Source: a virus
Lineage: Duplodnaviria; Heunggongvirae; Uroviricota; Caudoviricetes
DNA: 64,000 nucleotides
Strand: one strand, 5' to 3'
IMG/VR virus record: IMGVR_UViG_3300037466_000352
Both the position numbers and the translations under genes were made by a program. Positions 1 to 9,256 of this stretch are shown here, one piece after another (within the stretch, counting starts at the first letter, position 1; every line of letters begins with the position of its first letter). The notes beneath the pieces are model-generated. The model had not been told where the DNA came from. It saw nothing but the letters and a program-made list of their open reading frames with translations, and did not search any database.

Positions 1-260
1 AAGTTGACGGCGAAGATGCGTGGTGCGTCAAGATCAGGGTCGGTGAGTACGCAGACGTGGTGTACAAGTACAACCATGTCCGTGTCATCGAGCCTGATAC
101 TCAAGACGGCTACGCTACGCTGAAGTACAACTATGAAGTTCTGTACCACGCAGAACTACCCGAAGAGAAGTTTGCAAAGAACAGTGCGTTCGAAACTCTG
201 ATCGGGGACATTCTTTATGATTTGATTATGTCCTTCGAAGAGAAGCAAGACAACGAGTAA
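1..260 (+). CDS. C-terminal part of a gene that begins upstream of the window (hypothetical protein)
   Basis: Open frame runs from position 3 with no stop until 258-260; the track ORF 57..260 is its tail. Confidence 0.4.
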   Translation, partial: VDGEDAWCVKIRVGEYADVVYKYNHVRVIEPDTQDGYATLKYNYEVLYHAELPEEKFAKNSAFETLIGDILYDLIMSFEEKQDNE

Positions 261-262
261 CA

Positions 263-1675
263 ATGGAACGCATAGAAAAGACTATCCTGCAAAGTCTGAT
301 CTATAACGAAGCGTACATGCGGAAGGTCTTCCCCTTCCTCAAGTCCGAATACTTCACAGATCAGATCGATGCCAAGATGTTCAGTACGATTGCCAAGTTC
401 ATCGCCACGTATAATTCGTGCCCGTCGAAAGAAGCAATCGAAATCTCTCTTCAGAACGACAGCACTGTTGGTGAAGACACGTACGAACAGTGCATCAACG
501 AACTGCGTGAGTATTCGGCATCCGAATCGGTAGATCAATTCCTGATCGACGAGACGGAGAAGTTCTGTAAAGACAAAGCCGTGTTCAACGCCATCACGCG
601 GGCCATCAAGGTCATGGATGGCAAGGACAAGGAAGTCTCAAAAGACGGGTTGCCGCAACTGTTGCAAGATGCCCTGGCTGTCGGGTTCAATACGAACGTC
701 GGCCACGATTACTTCGAGGACGCAGAATCGCGCTTCGAGTTCTACAACAAGGAAGAAGAGCGTATCCCTTTCCACCTTGAATTACTGAACAAGGTGACGA
801 AAGGTGGACCACCAAAGAAAACCCTGACGTGCGTGCTTGCGCCGACAGGTGCAGGCAAGTCGTTGTTCATGACCGATTGGGCTTCGTACCTTGTCAGTAT
901 CGGCTACAACGTCCTGTACATCACGGCGGAAATGGCAGAAGAGCGCATCGCAGAACGTAACGATGCGAACCTGTTAGATGTGCCCCTTGACCAACTGAAG
1001 AAGATGGACAAGGACGCGTTCCTTGGTCGCATGGGTAAGATTCGTGCGAAGACCCAAGGCAGGATGTTCATCAAAGAGTATCCGACATCAAGCGCACATG
1101 TGGGCCACTTCAAGGCGCTACTGAACGAACTGAAGATCAAGCAACGGTTCGTCCCAGACATCATCTTCGTGGACTACATCAACATCTGCCTGTCGCAGCG
1201 GTATCGCGCTGGTGGTAATGCGAACAGCTACACGATCATCAAGGCAACCGCAGAAGAACTTCGCGGTATGGCGGTCGAATACAACGTCCCGGTCGTCACG
1301 GCCACGCAGGTAAATCGTGATGGTATGGACAACAGTGACATCGACATGACCAACACATCGGAATCTATGGGCTTGCCTATGTCTCTTGATATATTTTTTG
1401 CACTGATCCCTTCAGAAGAGTTGGAGAAGATGAACCAGATCATGATTAAGCAGTTGAAGAATCGGTTCGGTGACATCAACTACTACAAGCGCTTCGTCGT
1501 TGGTATTGATCGAAGTAAGATGCGTCTGTACGACGTAGAGACATCGGCGCAAGACAACATCGTGGACGCAACGAAAGAGAAGGAACGATCAGCGTACGAA
1601 TCCGAGAACTTCAAGGCAGCGATGGTTGCAGCTAAACCGAAGACTGGATTCGACTTTGGATCGATCAAGTTCTGA
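263..1675 (+). CDS. Replicative DNA helicase, DnaB family (T4 gp41-like)
   Basis: 470 aa. Walker A APTGAGKS, and DnaB-type motifs (ITAEM, VDYINI, QVNRDG). Confidence 0.9.
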   Translation: MERIEKTILQSLIYNEAYMRKVFPFLKSEYFTDQIDAKMFSTIAKFIATYNSCPSKEAIEISLQNDSTVGEDTYEQCINELREYSASESVDQFLIDETEKFCKDKAVFNAITRAIKVMDGKDKEVSKDGLPQLLQDALAVGFNTNVGHDYFEDAESRFEFYNKEEERIPFHLELLNKVTKGGPPKKTLTCVLAPTGAGKSLFMTDWASYLVSIGYNVLYITAEMAEERIAERNDANLLDVPLDQLKKMDKDAFLGRMGKIRAKTQGRMFIKEYPTSSAHVGHFKALLNELKIKQRFVPDIIFVDYINICLSQRYRAGGNANSYTIIKATAEELRGMAVEYNVPVVTATQVNRDGMDNSDIDMTNTSESMGLPMSLDIFFALIPSEELEKMNQIMIKQLKNRFGDINYYKRFVVGIDRSKMRLYDVETSAQDNIVDATKEKERSAYESENFKAAMVAAKPKTGFDFGSIKF

Positions 1676-1720
1676 CCTCGAAGTCCTAAATATTCCGTCA
1701 ACAACTTCGGGAGTTGCGGA

Positions 1721-2395
1721 ATGTTTCTGGCACCAAAAATCAACAAGTGTGTCGCGCAACTACATCATGAGTTGTCCACCCGATCTGTGATCGGACACGA
1801 CGAACTTCGTCAGGTCTTCTATGATGCAATCAAGCCACTAGGTGTTCGTGTGGCACTCATCAAAGATGATCTGCCGAAGAATGCTTTTGCGATGGGCGGT
1901 TTCTTCGAGATTGATAGGAAACGTCAACCGATTTGTGTCGAACTATTCGTTTCGAAGAAATCTGATTCGCTTCGGATTACCAAGAAATGGGTAGCTAACA
2001 CGATGTTCGTGTTGTACCAGACCCTTAGTCACGAACTGATTCATAAGCAGCAGTATTGCCATCGCAAACCCGATTCCGTGGTTTGGTTGATCCCGTTAGG
2101 GGATGGCGCAGAGATGGACGAACAGCAAGCCTATCTGGCCGAACTGGACGAGATTGATGCCTATGCGCACGACATCGCCCTGGAACTGGTCTTCTACCAT
2201 CCCGACGATCACATGGAAGTTCTCAGAACCATGCGGTCGCCCAAGATTTCGTCATGGTTGCTGTATCTAACAACCTTCGAAGGAACAGAGTGGACAGAGA
2301 TTCATCACCGCCTGTTGAAGAAGGTATTCGAACATCTCACCCGGATACGGGATAACGGAGAACAATACGCATGTACGAAAACGTCTTCTCGTTGA
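1721..2395 (+). CDS. Hypothetical protein with an HExxH motif (putative zinc metallopeptidase-like)
   Basis: 224 aa. LSHELIHKQ (HExxH). RBS gggag at 1709; CTAAATA motif about 30 nt upstream. Confidence 0.55.
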   Translation: MFLAPKINKCVAQLHHELSTRSVIGHDELRQVFYDAIKPLGVRVALIKDDLPKNAFAMGGFFEIDRKRQPICVELFVSKKSDSLRITKKWVANTMFVLYQTLSHELIHKQQYCHRKPDSVVWLIPLGDGAEMDEQQAYLAELDEIDAYAHDIALELVFYHPDDHMEVLRTMRSPKISSWLLYLTTFEGTEWTEIHHRLLKKVFEHLTRIRDNGEQYACTKTSSR

Positions 2396-2602
2396 TGGAC
2401 CTCATACAAATCGTCAGCATTGTGTTTGTGTGCTGGTTCTGTTACCGTACCGGCGTACAGAACGGAGCACGCGCAGTCTTGTTGAAGCTTGAGGAAGCTG
2501 GTGTTGTGAAGATACAACGACCGGAAGATTCTGAAGAAAGTGATTGACCAAGGTTGGGAATACGTGTACAATGTAGTTTCAGTAGTTGATTGTTAGAGAA
2601 AC

Positions 2603-2675
2603 GGGTTGATAGTTTATCTGGCTAAAACACCGGACTCCAAACCCGGAGTGCAAGGTTCAAGTCCTTGTCGGCCCG
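2603..2675 (+). tRNA. tRNA-Trp (anticodon CCA); a genomic CCA follows at 2676-2678
   Basis: Hand-folded cloverleaf. Acceptor GGGTTGA/TCGGCCC with two G-U pairs; D-stem GTTT/AAAC; T-arm CAAGG-TTCAAGT-CCTTG; anticodon loop CTCCAAA. The anticodon stem has one A:C mismatch. Confidence 0.65.
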
Positions 2676-2923
2676 CCAAGATCATTCACAACTGCCGCTT
2701 GATGGCTAAGGAACTATCGTGTAACACGATCTGTATCACCATAGACATTTGAGAACACAGAACAGCAGTACCATTTCCCGTTGGTGGTCGGGATATAGTA
2801 ACCGCCTTCGCCCTGCAACCTTAACGGGTCGCGAGAGAACACCACACGGAGAGACGCAAAAGTTCGTCGATAGTCCGTGCAGCACGCAGGCAACCTTGAT
2901 AAACCTGAAGAGAAGTAGAGAAG

Positions 2924-3184
2924 ATGACGAAACAAGTTGCACCCCTGTCGCAAAAGGCACAAATCGAAAAGCTGCTTCGCCGTGGTCGTGTCCTGACCGC
3001 AGCGCAACTGCGTGAACTCGGTGTCACCAAGCCGAGCGCCCGCATCTGCAATCTGCGCAACGATGGCCTGAAGATCGTCAGCACGACGAACCGTCAAGGC
3101 ACCCCGGCATGGAAGCTGGACAAGTCCCTGTCGGTCGCGAAGACTGCATACGCAGCACCGCGCGCATTCGGTTTCAGCTACTAA
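2924..3184 (+). CDS. Small putative winged-helix DNA-binding protein
   Basis: 86 aa, basic. LTAAQLRELGVTKPSARICNLRNDGLKI resembles an HTH plus wing. GC-rich region with overlapping spurious ORFs on both strands. Confidence 0.4.
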   Translation: MTKQVAPLSQKAQIEKLLRRGRVLTAAQLRELGVTKPSARICNLRNDGLKIVSTTNRQGTPAWKLDKSLSVAKTAYAAPRAFGFSY

Positions 3185-3250
3185 GCTAACACCAACCGAT
3201 CAAACATCCGTGGGCTTCGGCCCACTTGAGAACTGTCTAAGACATCCTAC

Positions 3251-3724
3251 ATGCACGCAGACAACCTGAAAGCCCTTCTTTTCGCACAACTTGACGCATG
3301 CGAAGACGCCACAACCCTTCGCACGCTAGTAAAGATCGCTGACGAAGTGATCGAGCATCAAGGCAACGAACTCGATGCCACACGCGAAGTTCTTTATATC
3401 CTGCACGCACAGGCTGTAGAAAGTGATATCGATGCAGACCGCTATCGCCTTCTGAAGCTGATTCTGCCGTCGATGCTCGAAGTCGCCGCGTTCACTGGCG
3501 CACAGGCTGGTGACAAAGCAGTCAACCTGTTCTCGATCCTCGATCCGATGAAGTTGGACGAAGTTCTTGACGCACAACTGGCCGCAGGCGCACTCGAAGA
3601 ACTTGAAGCTAAGATCGAAGAACAAGCGCTGGCAGCACAGGCCGAAGACGATCAACAATCTGCGTACGGCGCACCTTTCCGCGAAGAATGTTTGCCTCAA
3701 GGCGTCTTGTCGGACGAGTACTGA
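3251..3724 (+). CDS. Hypothetical acidic protein
   Basis: 157 aa, D/E-rich, coding-like periodicity. Confidence 0.5.
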   Translation: MHADNLKALLFAQLDACEDATTLRTLVKIADEVIEHQGNELDATREVLYILHAQAVESDIDADRYRLLKLILPSMLEVAAFTGAQAGDKAVNLFSILDPMKLDEVLDAQLAAGALEELEAKIEEQALAAQAEDDQQSAYGAPFREECLPQGVLSDEY

Positions 3725-3815
3725 TTCACGCGTGACGTGTAGGTAGGGAAAGAAAACGGAGCATGGGAAGCGAAAAGGAACTGAAGCCCTAGTAGCGGAT
3801 ACCGCACCGGCCTAT

Positions 3816-3877
3816 ACAAGCCCAACGTTGGACATCTGAAAAAGGTGTTGACAACGTTGGGCTTTTTCGTTTATGAT
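3816..3877 (+). promoter_or_regulatory. Hairpin (AAGCCCAACGTTG...CAACGTTGGGCTT + T-run) acting as a terminator, overlapping a TTGACA-N18-TATGAT promoter for the 3911 gene
   Basis: 13-bp inverted repeat with TTGACA (3848-3853) in its loop. -10 TATGAT about 3872. Contains the CCAACGTTGG palindrome twice. Confidence 0.5.
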
Positions 3878-3910
3878 TCACGCATTGGTTCACGAAACGG
3901 AGTGTCGGAC

Positions 3911-5125
3911 ATGAAGATTGCTCAATACCGCGTCGAAGAATTCCTGAAGAAGATCGCTACGTTCAACCGCAAGGCGGTGAAGCTGGGTCTACCGGAAGTC
4001 AAGGCCGTCAAGATCGGTTCCGAACTGAAGGAAATAAAGGATAAGGACGATGCGGGCAATCATGTCACGTACTACATCGAAATCGAAGAGTACGACATTC
4101 AGGGTGAAATCCCGCGCATCGGCGGTTGGGCTATTCACTCGAAGGTCGAACCCGCCATCGAAGGCCAAGGAAACTTCGTCTACACGAACAAGGGTTTTAA
4201 GCCAGTCGAACGTCTGCGTACGACGAAGCTGATCTGCGAACATTGCAATATGGCACGTGCCCGTTCGCTGGTGTACTTGCTTCAGAACATGGAGACGGGC
4301 GAACAAAAGCTGGTCGGTAAGTCGTGCCTGAAGGACTTCTTGCCGAACCTGAACGTCACAGAAGTGCTTGGCTATCTGGAATCGCTGGAAAAGCTGAACG
4401 CACCGTACAGCCACTACGACGAAGACGGTGAGTACATCGAAGGTTCGAATCTTCCCCGCGCTGCATGGGTGTACCCGGTGTCGATGTTGGTTGCTGAATC
4501 GCTGATTCTGATTCGCAAGTACGGCTACGTTTCGCAAAAGGCCGCTCGCGAATACTTCGAGAAGTCGGCTGGTGAAGGCGAACTGTGCCCTACCTCTTCT
4601 CTGTTGGCAAACACGTCGCGTCAACGCGAAAAGCTGTACAGCAAGGAAGAAATCGCCGAAGTGTTTGGCGATGGCAAGGTTGACGCCTGTATCGATTGGA
4701 TCAAGGCACAACCGGCCAAGACGGACTTCTTCTACAATCTGCAACTGGCTATCGGTCAACAGGGCGCACCGTGGAAGATGTTCTCGTTCGTTGCAGCCGG
4801 TGTCAACATGTGGCTGCGTGCCGTCGAAGGCGAAGTCGCCAAGAAGCTGACGAAGGCTGACAAGAAGAACGAGTACATCGGTGAAGTCGGCCAACGACTG
4901 GTGTTCAACGACCTGATTATCACCCGCGAGTATGTGAGCGAAGGCCAATGGGGTTCGACGTTCATCACAACGTTGGAAGATTCTGAAGGTCGGTCGCTGG
5001 TCTGGTTTGCCTCGAAGCGTGTCGGTGACATCGGTGCGAAGGTCAGCATCAAGGCCACGGTCAAGGAACACAAGCAGTACAACGACCTGAAGCAAACGGT
5101 CATTACGCGCGGCGCGAAGATTTAA
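3911..5125 (+). CDS. Hypothetical protein (about 404 aa)
   Basis: The track ORF 3845..5125 is trimmed to the internal ATG (MKIAQY...) with RBS ggag. No family recognised. Confidence 0.55.
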   Translation: MKIAQYRVEEFLKKIATFNRKAVKLGLPEVKAVKIGSELKEIKDKDDAGNHVTYYIEIEEYDIQGEIPRIGGWAIHSKVEPAIEGQGNFVYTNKGFKPVERLRTTKLICEHCNMARARSLVYLLQNMETGEQKLVGKSCLKDFLPNLNVTEVLGYLESLEKLNAPYSHYDEDGEYIEGSNLPRAAWVYPVSMLVAESLILIRKYGYVSQKAAREYFEKSAGEGELCPTSSLLANTSRQREKLYSKEEIAEVFGDGKVDACIDWIKAQPAKTDFFYNLQLAIGQQGAPWKMFSFVAAGVNMWLRAVEGEVAKKLTKADKKNEYIGEVGQRLVFNDLIITREYVSEGQWGSTFITTLEDSEGRSLVWFASKRVGDIGAKVSIKATVKEHKQYNDLKQTVITRGAKI

Positions 5126-5147
5126 CGGGGGTAGTGCAGGGAGGTTT

Positions 5148-5175
5148 AGGGGGACTTCGGTCCCCTCTTTTTTTG
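5148..5175 (+). terminator. Rho-independent terminator
   Basis: AGGGGGACTTCGGTCCCCT stem-loop followed by a T7 run. Confidence 0.8.
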
Positions 5176-5460
5176 ATAGGGGTGAAAGATGCTGAGAAAG
5201 GTGAAGATCGAGTGCGAGAACTGGTACTGGAACCGAAAGTTGCAGCTACGCCTGTTCGAACTCGGAGTGGCGTGGCCGATGGGTACAGATCGATGTCAGA
5301 CGGTCTGGAACAGTCGGAGAAGGGGCAAGTACCTCTTCCTACAACAGAACCCTCAGAACGGCTCATTTTGGCTTGGATGGGGTTCAGAACGTGACTTCCA
5401 AGACTGCCCGTTTGAAGCGGTGACGGCCAAGGGATTTCTGAACGAACTGACGGAGAAACA

Positions 5461-5871
5461 ATGATCGTCAAAGCAGTGGATCGTGCATACCGGGTGATGC
5501 ACGAACGGGGCTATAACCGCGTGTATTGGGCTATAGACCTTCACGGGGTATGCCTGCATTCAAACTACGAGACAGGCGGTTACGCGTGGATTAACGAAGA
5601 CGCACCGCGTGTCCTGAAGCTTATCTCGGATCGACCGGAATCCGTCATCATCCTATGGTCATCGGTACATGATCGCGAGAAGTCCGACATCATGCAGTTC
5701 TTTGGGAAACATGGGATTGCCGTTCACGGCATCAACGCGAACCCATATGAAGGTAATGATGTCGTGTGCGTTGAAGAGAAGTTCTACTTCTCGATCCTGT
5801 TGGACGACAAGGCAGGGTTCGATCCGAAAACTGACTGGAAGTCCATCGAAGACTACCTGAAGTGGGTGTGA
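5461..5871 (+). CDS. Hypothetical protein
   Basis: 136 aa. RBS ggag 8 nt upstream. Confidence 0.55.
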   Translation: MIVKAVDRAYRVMHERGYNRVYWAIDLHGVCLHSNYETGGYAWINEDAPRVLKLISDRPESVIILWSSVHDREKSDIMQFFGKHGIAVHGINANPYEGNDVVCVEEKFYFSILLDDKAGFDPKTDWKSIEDYLKWV

Positions 5872-5877
5872 AGACGA

Positions 5878-5913
5878 GGGAACGCTAAATAGTAGGACAT
5901 CCTATGCGTTCCC
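5878..5913 (+). promoter_or_regulatory. Inverted repeat GGGAACGC/GCGTTCCC enclosing a CTAAATAG late-promoter-like motif
   Basis: 8-bp arms flank a 20-nt loop that contains CTAAATA (5885-5891) and a nested AGGACATCCT palindrome. Confidence 0.4.
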
Positions 5914-6056
5914 GTTGTTGACTTTGAGTTACGGGACACCGGGTGTTGTTGTACATAGTTGTTTCATATGTCTGCGCTGCGCGCATCTCGCTTCGCGAGA
6001 ACAACTTGTTCGTGGATTAGTAAATAACCATGAACCCCGAAAACCATTATACCAAG

Positions 6057-6084
6057 CTCCCAAAGTTGTGTCAAGCTAAATATT
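6057..6084 (+). promoter_or_regulatory. CTCCCAAAGTTGT box followed by AGCTAAATATT (putative late promoter of the 6114 gene)
   Basis: AGCTAAATATT is identical to the 11-mer upstream of the endolysin gene (52573). It lies about 31 nt upstream of the ATG. Confidence 0.5.
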
Positions 6085-6113
6085 GACACTAACACACTCA
6101 AGGATTCCCAACA

Positions 6114-6635
6114 ATGTCAAATTGGTCCCTCAAGAACCCACCTTCGTACCGCACCGATGCTGTTGCTGGTCCCGAGGGCTGGAAAGACCCGGTAACGGGT
6201 GAAGTGCTGGTCGCAATCGGTGGTCTGACGACCAAGCAAGTTCCGTTGGCAAGCTGGCCTACATTCACGCTGGCAGTCCCCGCAAACGGCACGTATCCGG
6301 CTGGTACACAACTGACCTTCACAGTCACTGCATCGGCGGCTGTAGCTGTGGCTGGTACTCCGTCTATCGACGTGACGTTCGGCACCACGGTTCGCCAAGC
6401 ACAGTTCACCGGTATTGACGTGACGAACAAGATTCTCACGTTCGAATACACGACTGTTGCTGGCGACGACGCACCTAGCGGTATCGTGGTCAACAACACC
6501 ATCGATCTGAACACAACTGGTAAGGGCAAATCTCGCGTCGTAGACGAATTGTCGCTGAACAGCGGTGAAACGATCCCTGGTGCTTCCCTGACGTTCACGG
6601 TTCCGGCTACGACTGGCATCATCACTACGGGCTAA
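6114..6635 (+). CDS. Putative virion/structural protein, beta-rich and Thr/Val/Gly-rich (Ig-like)
   Basis: 173 aa. Strong RBS aagga. Low-complexity beta-strand-like composition. Late-type motif upstream. Confidence 0.55.
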   Translation: MSNWSLKNPPSYRTDAVAGPEGWKDPVTGEVLVAIGGLTTKQVPLASWPTFTLAVPANGTYPAGTQLTFTVTASAAVAVAGTPSIDVTFGTTVRQAQFTGIDVTNKILTFEYTTVAGDDAPSGIVVNNTIDLNTTGKGKSRVVDELSLNSGETIPGASLTFTVPATTGIITTG

Positions 6636-6642
6636 TTGAACG

Positions 6643-7077
6643 ATGGATCAGAAAGTTAGCGGGCTTCCTCAAGCCACGTCAGTGATGGCGGCTGACAGCC
6701 TGATCCTGAACCAGAATGGAGTTACCAAGCGTATCGCCATTTCTGATTTCTATGGATCAGGAATCCCGGTCACAATCAACGCAAAAGGCGCTGTTCTCTT
6801 GGGTTCGACACCCGAGAACGTGTCTACTGGCGCTGTCTCACTGGCTGTTCTCCGAACGCACATCGATCTAACAGGCTCGCAAGCTATCACGATCCCAAAC
6901 GGCACTGATGGTCAAATAAAGGTCATCATCGCTGCAACGGGTACGGGTGGCGTCACGACCCTGACCGGTTCTTTGTACGCAAACACAATTCAGTTCTCCA
7001 AGGTTGGCGATACCGCAATGCTGCTATTCACTGGTGGTAAATGGGCGCTGATTGGCGGAACTGCTGCATCACTGTAA
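6643..7077 (+). CDS. Putative structural protein (beta-rich)
   Basis: 144 aa, immediately downstream of 6114..6635. Similar composition. Confidence 0.5.
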   Translation: MDQKVSGLPQATSVMAADSLILNQNGVTKRIAISDFYGSGIPVTINAKGAVLLGSTPENVSTGAVSLAVLRTHIDLTGSQAITIPNGTDGQIKVIIAATGTGGVTTLTGSLYANTIQFSKVGDTAMLLFTGGKWALIGGTAASL

Positions 7078-7080
7078 AGA

Positions 7081-7485
7081 ATGATTAAAGTCGATTTGAC
7101 CGAAGACAACTTCGAGTATTTCGCGATCAGGCACTACGATGACCCGAATTGTCAAGGACTGCAAGAATTCCGTGAGGATATGCAGCGGTTCAAGTACCTG
7201 AATCGACTCTTGAACAAGTACGAAGAGTGCGGCGAGATGCGTACCAACCTTGTGTTGAACCATATCGTCGTTCTCTACAATATCTTCAACGAGGCGGCAA
7301 CTAACATGCTGTTCTACCGCGTCGCTGAAAAACATTGGCCGATCTTGGTCCCATTCTTGATCTATATCAACCGACTTCCTTCAGACATCTATCTGTCGTC
7401 GAAGCGCTCGATCAAGGACAGTGATATTCCCATCGACATGCAAGTGGTCAAGATTCTCCGCGAATTCAACCGGCAAGGTTGCTAG
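7081..7485 (+). CDS. Hypothetical protein
   Basis: 134 aa ORF. Confidence 0.5.
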   Translation: MIKVDLTEDNFEYFAIRHYDDPNCQGLQEFREDMQRFKYLNRLLNKYEECGEMRTNLVLNHIVVLYNIFNEAATNMLFYRVAEKHWPILVPFLIYINRLPSDIYLSSKRSIKDSDIPIDMQVVKILREFNRQGC

Positions 7486-7492
7486 GATAACC

Positions 7493-8035
7493 ATGCAAGA
7501 TGCAATTGACACCGCGATCACGTATCGCATACTGCGGATTCTCACGAAACCGTGGACTGAACAAGACGCGTACAAGATGGGGATTGTCGATGCACACGGA
7601 AATCCTCTGCGTAAATACTCAGACCTGACACAAACTGAAAAGAATTGTTACACGATTCTTGTCCGACTGGTATTTCGTCTTAAACGATTGATCGAAAAGA
7701 TTCCGGTCGGCAACAAACAGTTGTTGTCGTATGCGGCGGCACTCGCACTTATCAAAGAGTGTCGCGACCTCGATCATGAACCGGTGGACCTCGAAGGCAT
7801 CTTCTACGAGGTTCGCGAGATGGAAGGACTGGACGTAAAGCTGGTCGAAGCATTCCTGAACGATGATCTGCCGATGAAGAACTTTAAACAGTTCTGTGAG
7901 GACGGTGGTGTGGCTGGTGCTGCACCTGTCGCCGCAAATAGTACTGGCCCCGCTGTCGCTGGCACTGGTGATGACAAGCAGACAGTGGTGGTCAAGAAGA
8001 AACCGAAGATCATCACAAGGAACATGCCGAAATGA
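7493..8035 (+). CDS. Hypothetical protein
   Basis: The track ORF 7421..8035 is trimmed to ATG 7493 (MQDAIDT...) with RBS agga, which removes the overlap with the upstream gene. Confidence 0.5.
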   Translation: MQDAIDTAITYRILRILTKPWTEQDAYKMGIVDAHGNPLRKYSDLTQTEKNCYTILVRLVFRLKRLIEKIPVGNKQLLSYAAALALIKECRDLDHEPVDLEGIFYEVREMEGLDVKLVEAFLNDDLPMKNFKQFCEDGGVAGAAPVAANSTGPAVAGTGDDKQTVVVKKKPKIITRNMPK

Positions 8036-8301
8036 AACTGATCCACAAGATCAAAGAATGGTTTAAGCGGTCACACAATGCAGACACCAAATCTGAACTG
8101 AAAGAAATCGAGAAGTATGAGACTGAAGTTACTCTTGATGTCACACCAGTTCCGAAGCCTGCGCCGAAATCGAAGTCAAATCGCAAGCCGGGTCCAAAGA
8201 AGCAAGTTCCCGGTCAGCCCTCAGTGAAACCAAGTACGCGCAAATCAACGCAAGCAGGAAAACCGAGGACCTATAACAAACCAAAGCCAAAGAAGGTGTG
8301 A
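8032..8301 (+). CDS. Hypothetical basic Pro/Lys-rich protein
   Basis: 89 aa. ATGA overlap with the upstream gene. Confidence 0.5.
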   Translation: MKLIHKIKEWFKRSHNADTKSELKEIEKYETEVTLDVTPVPKPAPKSKSNRKPGPKKQVPGQPSVKPSTRKSTQAGKPRTYNKPKPKKV

Positions 8302-8302
8302 G

Positions 8303-8809
8303 ATGCCCGAGAACGATGACGTAACGATTGCGCTTCTTCAACGGGACTACCAACAGACGGCCCAAATCGTGTCCAAGATGGACACTGCTATCGAGAAACT
8401 AACCGATCTTGGGACCGACATGAAGCAGATGTTGGCTCTTCACGATCAGCGAATTAACCGGCTTGAACAGATCGACAACGAAATTCATGGACTTGTTGAA
8501 AAACGTCGAACGGAACTACAAGACGACATCAAGGACTTGGATGGCAAATTGGCCTCAACTATCAAGGAAATCATCGGCGATCTTGCGAACGTCGAAACGC
8601 GAATCATGAAGGCGATTAGCGATGTGAAAGACGAAATCAAGAGCGACATCAAGACGGACAACGAAGAGCGCAACAAATCACACAACGATCTTGTCAAGCG
8701 GGTAGAGACGTTGGAGAAGTGGCGCTGGATGATGCTTGGTGGCGGCTTCGTCGTGGGCTTCATCATCGAGAAGGTCCTACCCCTCATCTTGCACGTGGCA
8801 ACAGGCTAA
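8303..8809 (+). CDS. Coiled-coil protein with a C-terminal transmembrane helix
   Basis: 168 aa. Heptad-rich, then WRWMMLGGGFVVGFIIEKVLPLIL. Confidence 0.55.
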   Translation: MPENDDVTIALLQRDYQQTAQIVSKMDTAIEKLTDLGTDMKQMLALHDQRINRLEQIDNEIHGLVEKRRTELQDDIKDLDGKLASTIKEIIGDLANVETRIMKAISDVKDEIKSDIKTDNEERNKSHNDLVKRVETLEKWRWMMLGGGFVVGFIIEKVLPLILHVATG

Positions 8810-8831
8810 CCCTATGTTGGGAAAACGCAAC

Positions 8832-8860
8832 AGGCGACTTCGGTCGCCTTTGTCGTTTCT
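8832..8860 (+). terminator. Rho-independent terminator
   Basis: AGGCGAC-TTCG-GTCGCCT followed by a T-rich tail. Confidence 0.7.
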
Positions 8861-8865
8861 AGGGC

Positions 8866-8894
8866 TTGCAAAATTCCCAAGGTTGTGAGATAAT
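8866..8894 (+). promoter_or_regulatory. Sigma70-type promoter (TTGCAA-N17-GATAAT) with an ATTCCCA spacer box
   Basis: TTGCAAAATTCCCAAGGTTGTGAGATAAT. Confidence 0.6.
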
Positions 8895-8920
8895 GCCGTT
8901 ACTGACCTAGCTCGACCCGC

Positions 8921-9256
8921 ATGAAAGTACATTCCATCTACCGCATCCTGAACCTTGTGAACGGGAAGTCGTACATTGGCTACACCAGTAAGCCGCCGAT
9001 CAAGCGGTGGTGGGACCATAAGGCGCAGATTCAGATAAACACCAAACAACGTCTGTACGCTGCTATACGTAAGTATGGCATAGACAACTTCCGCTTCGAT
9101 GTCCTGTATCAGTCGCTCGATGAATACCATGCACATCGTGTCATGGAACCCCACTTCATCCGAGAGTATGACACTTTCGGTAATAACGGGTACACACATT
9201 ACTACATCTGCGCACGTTTGAAAGACGGCAAAGACCAGAACATCTTTTATGTCTAG
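8921..9256 (+). CDS. GIY-YIG nuclease-domain protein (free-standing homing-endonuclease-like, catalytic domain only)
   Basis: 111 aa. SIYRILNLVNGKSYIGYT...RWWDH...E...N matches the GIY-YIG core. Confidence 0.6.
   Translation: MKVHSIYRILNLVNGKSYIGYTSKPPIKRWWDHKAQIQINTKQRLYAAIRKYGIDNFRFDVLYQSLDEYHAHRVMEPHFIREYDTFGNNGYTHYYICARLKDGKDQNIFYV

Noticed and set aside
2680-2920. A second tRNA or other RNA gene after tRNA-Trp
   Set aside because: No T-arm (GTTCnAnnC) or acceptor pairing could be found by eye. It is left as an unexplained GC-rich spacer rather than a call.
3989-5095. 368-aa minus-strand ORF antisense to 3911..5125
   Set aside because: Its composition (Arg/Leu/Val-rich) is typical of an antisense frame of a GC-biased gene. 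The + ORF has RBS and promoter context.
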